Source: Eledone cirrhosa (Eukaryota). Taken from it: a stretch of 64,000 nucleotides of DNA. The stretch is from contig CAXHJY010000340.1 in NCBI GenBank assembly GCA_964016885.1, forward strand, positions 1 to 64,000. Reading direction: 5' to 3'. Position 1 is the stretch's first letter. The number at the start of each line of letters is the position of its first letter. Below the pieces are notes generated by a model. The model was given only the letters and a program-made list of their open reading frames with translations, searched no databases and was not told the origin of the DNA. Positions 54,513 to 64,000 of the stretch are shown piece after piece. The position numbers were made by a program, and so were the translations under genes.

Positions 54513-57500
54513 AGTCTATTCCGTATGGTCAATCGTAATGCAATAATATAGAGAGTACTCAACGTAAAGCAGTTCAACCGTCTCTGTTTTTGTAGTTGGT
54601 GGTGCTATTACGGAGTTAAATATTATAATGAAATGACAGGAGGCTAGATTTGTGTAAATCCTTGAAAGGTTTATTATACTATGATCATTTCAATGACCGC
54701 GTTCCGTATGAATCCGGTGATATCATCAGGTATTCGAAATATAATACGTGAATGTAATAGATAAAATCCATGGGGCTGAAAATCGAGGACTCGAGGGCGA
54801 CCGCTATTCTGTTCCTTCAACCTCAGCCGGTCGCCCTGGAGTGACGTGGCTAAAGTTTATAGTATGCTACTACCGGTCAGATAAACGAAAACAGAAAGGG
54901 ATGGGAGCATAAGTTAACGTCGATCTATACACTATACTGTTTCATATACTTTACACAAGGTAAAAGAAAGAAAGAAAGGAAGGAGAGAGAAGAAGGGGGA
55001 AGAAAGAAGAGGAGAAGCCAGGGTTAATGTCACCTAAAAGAAGAAAGGCAACTACTACCGGTCAGATATAGGCAAGCAAGAGGGGGAAGGAAGATAAGTC
55101 TGCGGGAGGAAGACAGGAAGAGGGGAAGAAGAGAAGGAAGAGACGAGAGAAGTAGAAAAGTAAGGGTTGATGGCTACAAGAAGGAAGATAGAAAGAAAGA
55201 GGAAGAAAGGTCGATATTAATGTCAGACCACAGTGAGCTGCTTTACGTTGAGTACTCTCTATATTATTGCATTACGATTGACCATACGGAATAGACCAGC
55301 TCTATACAGTGGTGAACCTCAAAGCTGAATAAATAATGCTCCTGAAATGTTGAGCACTTCAAAATGTAATAATGAACAGCGGCATGGGAGTGAATATATC
55401 TAACCACAATTCGAACTTTGGCTACCCGGTGTTTTCGCCTGGCCCATTGCTACTCCCCTCACAGAATATCCGAATTTCGACGAAACACCACGGACTAGAC
55501 CATAACATGTATTGTACTGCACTGTATTAACTAAATGCCTACCCTATACTTCTGGGCATGTATAACTCACACTGAACTCCCAGACTCGAACACACACTGT
55601 TTCCACATCTATATGCATTATCTGACTGCAACTTGAACTATATTGTATTTCTCCTGTGTCTTGAACTCTCCATTTAATAGACAACGACTCTTGTTTGTTT
55701 ATTTATATCTTTACATCTTTATTTGCTGTATTAATGCTCCTCCACGTATTCTACCTCTATACATCCATGTACTTTCTACTTCCCTTATTCGGACTTTTAC
55801 TCGCGTGTACCCTTAGCACACGTCACTGGAATATCTCCCCCTGGGAACATAAATACCGCAACCTGAACTATATTGTATTTCTCCTGTGTCTTGAACTCTA
55901 CATTTACTAGACAACGACTATTGTTTGTTTATCTATATCTTCACATCTTTGTTTGCTGTATTAATGTCTTTCCACGTACTCTACCTCTATACATCCATGT
56001 ACTTTTTACTCCCCTTATTCGGACTTTTACTCGCGTGCACCCTTAGCACACGACACAGGATTGCCCCCCCCCCCCCCCTCCCGGGAACATAAATACTGCA
56101 ACCTGAACTATATTGTAATTCTCCTATGTCTTGATTTCTCCATCTTACCCCAACACCACTCTTGTTGGTTTATTTACATGTTTATACCTATATATTGATA
56201 TGTTTATATATTTATACCTCTGCTGTACCAATGTGCTCTTCCACGTATTCCACTTCTAAGTATCCATGTATTTCTACTCCTCACATTGGGACCTGTACCC
56301 ATTAGCACACGACACCAGAATGTCTCCTCCTGAGAACAAAAATTAAACATTACACGACTATATCCCGTACTCTACATCCCACTAGGATAAATTACAGATC
56401 TACATAATATAATTAACGTTTCTTCATAAAAGACTCTATTTAATTAAACCCCGCAACCCAAAACCTCATAGAAGTTATTTGAATGTTTAATCTTCAATTT
56501 TCTGTTTGTTCAATTCTCAATCCTCTTACTCCTTAGTTTTATAATGTTATTCTGAATTCTTTAAACTTCATCCGATAGAGTTAAGCAAAATTCTAAAGTT
56601 CCAACTTTCTGTCGGACCGTTGGGTGGGTTTTGGCGGCGGCGCGACCGGCTCCCTGGCGAACGAGCTCAACTGGAGTGCTTGGAAAAATAAATTTCCCCT
56701 TCTTTCGGTAAATGAAAATACTCGGCGTGGCTTAATTCGCCATGGGGCCCGGGGCGCGGACGGTGTTTTAACCGCCAAATAGTACCTTTAAATTACAGAA
56801 CAAATCGGAACTATTAGATATATCAACCTGAAACTGTTGAGCTTTAAATTTTCTAACCTCTTTAATATGGAATATTGATTATTAATTTTTTTAACTTCAT
56901 CCTAGTAGTCTAAACACTATAACACACTGACTCCCAATATATTCACCTCTGCTAAGATGCGGGTCCCTGTGAACATTTTCTCGCGCCACTCCTTGCTTGA
57001 CTGTGGTCTGACATTAATATCGACCTTTCTTCCTCTTTCTTTCTATCTTCCTTCTTGTAGCCATCAACCCTTACTTTTCTACTTCTCTCTTCTCTTCCTT
57101 CTCTTCTCCCCTCTTCCTGTCTTCATCCCGCAGACTTATCTTCCTTCCCCCTCTTGCTTGCCTATATCTGACCGGTAGTAGTTGCCTTTCTTCTTTTAGC
57201 TGACATTAACCCTGGCTTCTCTTCTTCTTTCTTCCCCCTTCTTCTCTCTCCTTCCTTTCTTTCTTTCTTTTACCTTGTGTCATGAGATCGACGTTAACTT
57301 ATGCTCCCATCCCTTTCTGTTTTCGTTTATCTGACCGGTAGTAGCATACTATAAACTTTAGCCACGTCACTCCAGGGCAACCGGCTGAGGTTGAAGGAAC
57401 AGAATAGCGGTCGCCCTCGAGTCCTCGATTTTCAGCCCCATGGATTTTATCTATTACATTCACGTATTATATTTCGAATACCTGATGATATCACCGGATT

Positions 57501-57590
57501 CATACGGAACCCGGTCATTGAAATGATCATAGTATAATAAACCTTTCAAGGATTTACACAAATCCAGCCTCCTGTCATTTCATTATATTA
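54513..57590. mobile_element. Family-F composite: inverted pLTR, tail, 1.6-kb non-coding interior, direct pLTR
   Basis: 54620-55232 is approximately the reverse complement of 56998-57590. HHRs at 54676-54733(-) and 57478-57535(+). Three ~230-bp repeats at 55625, 55855, 56095. Confidence 0.7.
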
Positions 57591-57602
57591 TATATATATA
57601 TA

Positions 57603-57815
57603 TATATAGAAATTACATGAATCAAAGTTCTGTTTAAATCATTTATTAGCTTACAATTCTTTCTTCCAAACCGTGGTTTGGGGTCTTAGGAGCAATTTTT
57701 TCAATTTTTCAATATTAAAAAATTGCTCCGAAGACACCTAACCACGGTTTGGAAGAAACAATTGTAAGCGAATAAATGGTTTAAACAGAACTTTGATTCA
57801 TGTAATTTCTATATA
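57603..57815. mobile_element. Solo pLTR foldback with U4C hammerhead-like motif (57723-57771, +)
   Basis: ~98-bp imperfect arms; TTGCT/AGCGA, CCGAAGA, GAAA, palindromic CAATTG, then TA. Confidence 0.7.
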
Positions 57816-58004
57816 ACGGCTCTGTAGAACAACTGATGTTATTACATTGAGCTATTTATCTTACTGGTAATAAGGTGGTAATAAATTACTATCTTTCACT
57901 ATTTATGGTTTAAAATATATATAACTATAAAAGGTTTTAGTATATACATAACCATAAATAGTATCCTTAATACTATATATATATATACATATATATATAT
58001 AAAC

Positions 58005-58053
<49 letters not shown>

Positions 58054-58065
58054 AACATATATGTA

Positions 58066-58099
<34 letters not shown>

Positions 58100-58401
58100 C
58101 ATATAAATATGTATATATATATATACATGTATATATATATATAAACATATAAATATGTATATATATATGTCCATATATATATAAACATATAAATATGTAT
58201 ATATATATATATCCATATATATATATATAAACATATAAATATGTATATATATATATATACACATAAATATGTATATATATATATGTATATATATATACAT
58301 ATATATATATATATACATATTTATATGTATATATATATGTATATATATACATATATGTTTATATATATATATATGTATATATATATATAAACATATATGT
58401 A

Positions 58402-58435
<34 letters not shown>

Positions 58436-58502
58436 AACATATATGTATATATATATATACATATATATATATACATATAAATATGTATATATATATATAT
58501 AC

Positions 58503-58550
<48 letters not shown>

Positions 58551-58601
58551 GTATATATATATATGTATATATATATATGTATATATATATATATCTATAT
58601 T

Positions 58602-58677
<76 letters not shown>

Positions 58678-58685
58678 AACATATA

Positions 58686-58719
<34 letters not shown>

Positions 58720-59564
58720 AACATATATGTATATATATATATATATATATACATATATATATAAACATATATGTATATATATATATATACATATAATATA
58801 AGATCAAAAGATGGTTAAAGGAGCTCCATGTATTTTATTATGCGCATTTCAAAAACAAACATCATCATGCAATAATATTTGTGTTTTCATCAGATAAAAC
58901 AGGAGAACATGACATGAAGGCTAAAAAACACTTGTGGATAGTGCAGTTTTAAATCAAAACACTTGTGGATAGTGCAGTTTTAAATCAACATATAATATAT
59001 GTATAACATATCATATATATATAAACATATATAAACATATACATATATATATAAACATATATAAACATATATGTATAAACATATATATATATATAAACAT
59101 ATATGTATATATAAACATATATGTATATATATATATACATATATATATATAAACATATATGTATATGTATACATATATATATAAACATTGTTATACTTGG
59201 GGAGGGTCATATTTGTGTAATATTGCCAGAATTAATAACAGAACACACTCACTGTTTGGTTGGTTTTCGCTTTTCGCTTCTGTGTCTTTTATATCGGTAA
59301 TCTAATTTATTCGGTCCTCAATGTTGCCATTGACTGACCAACGGTAAAAAAAAATACAAATACAATATAGACACAAACACATATATATAGTTTATCAAAG
59401 TTGTTTCGTTGCACATCTGCAACCACGTCAGTGGTGCTGTTGTTTCCTCCCGTTACATTGTGCGTCTAGACCATCTTTATTTAGTCTGTTTATATATTTA
59501 TTTATTTGTCCCAGTTATTATTTTGTCAGAATTATTGTAAATTTATACTCTATTGCAGCTTGCT

Positions 59565-59803
59565 CACATCACGCCCATGTGGTCTCCTTAGTTACATTGA
59601 GAAAGTATTGTACATTCGTACCAAGTCATACTCGATTGTATCATCTCACGACTGTGTGGCCACCTTAGTTACAGAGAGAAAGTATTATACATTCATACCA
59701 AGTCATACTCTATGTGTGCCTGCCTCATCCGGTGACTGTATGGGCACCTGAAATCCTGAGAGGGAGAGAGCATTGTACATTCATACCAAGTTATACTCGA
59801 TTA
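59565..59803. repeat. Degenerate ~80-bp tandem repeat x3
   Basis: GAGAAAGTATTGTACATTC(G/A)TACCAAGTCATACTC at 59599, 59676, 59764. Confidence 0.8.
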
Positions 59804-60032
59804 CGACGGACAGCTGTAGATTTTTTCTATATTTTTCTCAATAAAGAACAACATTTATTTCATATAAATATTGATCGATTTCTGGCATAAAACATTGATA
59901 TATTTATTGTTCTAACTAGTTTCTGTCGGTCGCCTGCTGCCATACCAAGGCACCCTATTAACCCTGTATGCTATTGGGTTTTCTTTGGTTTTCATGTCAC
60001 AAACTTATTTTATTGATCATTATTTATGGAAA

Positions 60033-60217
60033 GGGCGGTGGATTGGCAGTATCAGTAGAGAGTCGGACGCTATGCTTTCCAGCATAGTTACGTCCCTTTA
60101 CGATCTGAGTTCAAATCCCGCCGAGGTTAACTTTGCCTTTCATCCTTATGGGGTCGATAAAATAAAGTACCATTAATGAACTGGGTAATTGCTGGCCTTG
60201 TGCCTAAAGTAGAGACA
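60033..60217 (+). mobile_element. tRNA-derived SINE with 14-bp TSD
   Basis: TSD ATTATTTATGGAAA at 60019-60032 and 60218-60231. Confidence 0.9.
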
Positions 60218-60342
60218 ATTATTTATGGAAATACTAAATTACAGGGCATAACCAGAGAGTAAACTTAAACCCAAACTATTTACAATAGTCAGTGCCTTAT
60301 GACATAACGCTCACACACACACACACACACGTATATACATAT

Positions 60343-60788
60343 ACTAGACCTGAAAAATGCGCCAGCTCAAAAGAGCCACATAATGTTATAATAAACCTTC
60401 AAACGTGTGGGACTAGAAATGTTGCTCAAAAATATTGTAATCATTATCTATCGTACACTCTGTGGCATCCTTTTATAAAAAAGAAACTCATAACGAATTC
60501 TAGACGACGCGATAATTATTTAAGCTAATGTTCAATATCTCATATTAAATGTTTAGTAATGATTAATACGAAATGCACTTAAACCGAATTCTATATTATA
60601 AATTCACTGAAATAATTATCGTGTCGTCTTGAGTTCGTTATGAGTCTCTTTTTTATAAAAGGATGCCACAGAGTGAACGATAGATAATGATTACAATATT
60701 TTTTAGCAACAACTCTAGTCCCACACTTTTGAAGGTTTATTATAACATTATGTGGCTCTTTTGAGCTTGCACATTTTTCAGGTCTAGT
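60343..60788. mobile_element. Foldback element, ~180-bp inverted arms around an ~85-bp spacer (MITE or pLTR-derived)
   Basis: ACTAGACCTGAAAAATG...CATTTTTCAGGTCTAGT; arms 60343-60522 / 60609-60788. Confidence 0.75.
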
Positions 60789-60987
60789 TTAATTTATTTT
60801 AAGGCAACGCTTGTATTAACTCTAGTTAAACATGATATATATTAATAATAAATTATCGTTGTAATGTAATTAGATTATATAATTGTTATTTTATAAATGA
60901 TCTTATAAATATTATTGTAAGATGTATAAAATTATTTTCAGACTTTTAATATAAACAACTACAAAAAAACTATCATTATTAAATAAT

Positions 60988-61130
60988 GGGCGGTGGATTG
61001 GCAGTATCGGTAGAGGGTCGGACGCTATGCTTTCCAGCATAGTTACGTCCCTTTACGATCTGAGTTCAAATCCCGCCGAGGTTGACTTTGCCTTTCATCC
61101 TTACGGTGTCGATAAAATAAAGTACCAGTA
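60988..61130 (+). mobile_element. tRNA-derived SINE, 3'-truncated
   Basis: Family match up to AGTACCAGTA. Confidence 0.88.
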
Positions 61131-61555
61131 AATTACTCTCGTTGGTTGATTAGCCAATAAGATGATGAAATTAGCCAATAAGACGATACGTTACAAGTTA
61201 TCTTTGGCAAGGATCACCACGGCCAGCGATACCCTTGAATTGTTTATTCACAAGCTACGCATGTATGTCACATGTCACACATCAGACACACAGACTTAAA
61301 ACATTCTGTTGTTAGTCACTGCGTGTCTAACAGATATGCTTAAATTTGGTGGTTTACCACTGGTTAGAATTGCTCTTTCCTCGAAGTAAATCATGGTATA
61401 ATATTATGAAAGAACTTGACGTTCTACATCTGATCAATATTTGATGTTGAATCTTGTTGGTGGTGAGGGATCAGAGTTGAATTATATTATAGGGTAAAAC
61501 GACATGTCCGGCCTCTTTTCATTTTACACTATAATACACACGCACATAAACAAAG

Positions 61556-61659
<104 letters not shown>

Positions 61660-62358
61660 GGGGCCTCTGTTATATATATATATGCACTTGTGCGTACATA
61701 TATATATATACACACCTGTATGGATTAATGTGTGTAGATGTGTGTGTGTCTGAGGGCGTAGGCGTGAGTTTATGTACAAGTTTAGAAATTTTAGAAATAA
61801 AAAGACTTATCAACAAAAGTCTTTTTATTTTTAAAATTTCTAAACTTTCTAAGTATTTGACTCTAACCATTATTTTCAGTATTACCACCCCACATTAATT
61901 CCTCAATTTGTATGTGTGGATGTGTGTATGTGGAGGTGTGTGTGAGTGTATGTTCAAGTCAACCTACATAAGTCTTTGTATTTGTAAATGTTCTAGTATT
62001 CTACTCTAACCATAATTTTCAGTAGTACCACTCCACATACATTCATTTATTTAAGAATGACCTGTACTATCTATTTCATACTATTAACCTCAATTGAATA
62101 TATATCTGACCAGGAATGTTTTTTGTGAAAATGAGTCATATGGAACTATTGTCACCTTGCCTGACGGTTTGAACTTTACAACACAACCTGCCTCTTTGAG
62201 GTCAAATACCAACCCTACTACCATCTACAAACTGACCAATGAGAATTAAGACTATTCCTGCTGACAACATTAAATTATTCCTAACAAGCTCATATGTCCC
62301 AAGGCTCTGATACCATCAAGACCATAAACACAAAGCTGGCATATCTAAGAACTGAATA

Positions 62359-62414
62359 ACTGCCTGATGAGGTCATAGCAATTCAATGGCTATCATCGAA
62401 ATATATATAGCAGT
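62359..62414 (+). ncRNA. Type I hammerhead ribozyme motif
   Basis: ACTGC/GCAGT, CTGATGA, GGT.ATAGC/GCTAT.ATC, GAAA, palindromic TATATA, then TA. A 68-bp hairpin lies upstream at 61779-61846. Confidence 0.82.
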
Positions 62415-62473
62415 AAATAAAGGATTATCAGTTCATGCAATTGACTTATGTTTCGTCACTATATATATATATA

Positions 62474-62759
62474 GTAATAATAATAAATTTGAAGACTAAA
62501 ATCCAAAGAGGGCTCGATAAGGATAAATATATATCAAATATATAAGAACCGTAGAGCAAATATTGACGTATTATATTCGTTTTTTCCCGTTCTTTGCCAG
62601 CGAACGTTTCCACGAAACAAAGTATCGTCTTTCTGTCTTCCTCCGGTTGCAACGTTTTTTGAAATATCCACTTCTGCGTTTACAGATTGACTTTGTTAGT
62701 TTCAGAAGATCCCGTTAAAGGTGAAAGTAGCGATTCTTTGCTTAAACTTTAATCTGTTA

Positions 62760-62766
<7 letters not shown>
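62474..62766. mobile_element. Family-D pLTR: inverted tail joined to body
   Basis: 62474-62554 is the reverse complement of ~18100-18190; 62555-62766 matches 19380-19565 and 17972-18098. Confidence 0.85.
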
Positions 62767-62812
<46 letters not shown>

Positions 62813-63134
62813 AAAATATATATTGAGTTGAAAAATCACAGTAATCCCTTATAATCAAATTAGATCAAAGAAAACAAAATTGCGACCCTTATAACGCAGT
62901 AAAGAGAGACACAAATATATAAATATATGCGTTCAAATCACAAGGGACAGAAACCGCTATGCTTTTGTTGAGCTTTTAATATATCGGATGGTCCTGGTTG
63001 CTATTTTTTCTAGTAAACTTATGTTCTATTCGATCCGCCTCATACGCGATAACCATGTGATTTTGATCCAACACATGTGCGTTATTTAGTCTTCTAAGAA
63101 ATGTTGTAGAGAGGAGTATATACTGGTTGTGTAG

Positions 63135-63211
63135 TATCCATTGAAAAGCATCGGACCAGTAATTCTCTTCAGTGAATTGCGAAACAGTTCTACCTGAAAG
63201 CTGTCTGGATG
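63135..63211 (+). ncRNA. Type I hammerhead motif with U3-A8 core
   Basis: TATCCA/TGGATG, core TTGAAAA, GCA...TGC stem II, GAAA, ACAGTT/AGCTGT stem III, GUC triplet. Confidence 0.75.
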
Positions 63212-63680
63212 CATGATAGTTATCATAGTAGGTTTGTATATCTTAATTTATCCTTTTAATTGTGTTCTATGAACCGTACTATTTTAGTCAGTATTCTTTT
63301 CACCCTGGCAGTTGTGATTTGAATTCATATATTTATATATCTGTGTTCGTCCCTTTTTACTGTGTTTATATATTTATATATATAAATAAATAAATATATA
63401 TATATTGAGGTAAATAAATGTATTCTCTTTTCTCCTAGTTTATTTTACACCTAATTCTGTTTAATTAACTGTATATCTGGGCGATTACACTGTCGAAATA
63501 TTCAATAAATATTCCGTCGCAGCCGACTCGAAGGGGCTAGTTTCGGGTATTTGTTGGGGATTTCTTCATAGAAGCCTTATTCTTATAGCCGGGTCTATTC
63601 GATTTTTTATATAGTTGATTATGCTAATTGGGAGAGGAAATGGTATATATTTTATCTGGTGATTCTATAAACATGTTTTA

Positions 63681-63717
<37 letters not shown>

Positions 63718-64000
63718 AAAAATGGAGTGCTGCGTATAAGCACGTGGGTTACATATGAATAAAATTAGTCTGTCAACAGTGATCTTCCAACCTTCATTAG
63801 TATTTCATCGCTTTAAATATCATATACCTCTGGTTGGTGCAAGCAATAACTAAATAAAGTTATTAGGACAAGTAAAATAGCGTGAAGCGAGAGAGACATG
63901 TAAACAAACAAAGATGGTATTGCAACGAAAAAATAGGAAGAGTCAAGTACATGATATCTCTCTCTCTATATATATATGAATAGGGAATAACCAGGATTCA

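Noticed and set aside
59599-59803. Three ~38-bp repeats with 40-50-bp gaps (mini-CRISPR appearance)
   Set aside because: The gaps are homologous to each other, so this is a degenerate tandem repeat.
61149-61186. Duplicated ATTAGCCAATAAGA (two CCAAT boxes)
   Set aside because: A short local duplication with no downstream gene evidence; cannot support a promoter call.

Overview
AT-rich, repeat-saturated animal genomic DNA. It is probably from an octopod cephalopod, inferred from the (TA)n seas and Nin/Deu-domain tRNA-SINEs; this is not proven. No host protein-coding exon can be supported, and most ORFs in the track are microsatellite artefacts. The window is dominated by Penelope-like retroelements (PLEs: RT plus C-terminal GIY-YIG endonuclease) inserted into (TA)n tracts: one near-intact copy (8330-12842, 1.07-kb inverted pseudo-LTR), several truncated copies and many solo pseudo-LTR foldbacks. 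Reading by eye I find about 34 type-I hammerhead ribozyme (HHR) motifs from about 16 sequence families. Most have a self-complementary loop III. Three families carry a compensatory U3-A8 core, others have U4A or U4C cores, and one has a branched stem II of about 100 nt. Many HHRs sit in long palindromes whose inverted arm starts at a family-specific AT-rich site downstream of the ribozyme, a twin-priming-like architecture. Also present: a decayed CR1-group LINE with a CCCH-finger ORF1 plus a 5'-truncated copy, about 12 SINEs (three with 14-17 bp TSDs), non-autonomous Helitrons, an RTE-derived fragment, a 28-bp satellite with a 43-mer higher-order duplication, and a 36-bp minisatellite.
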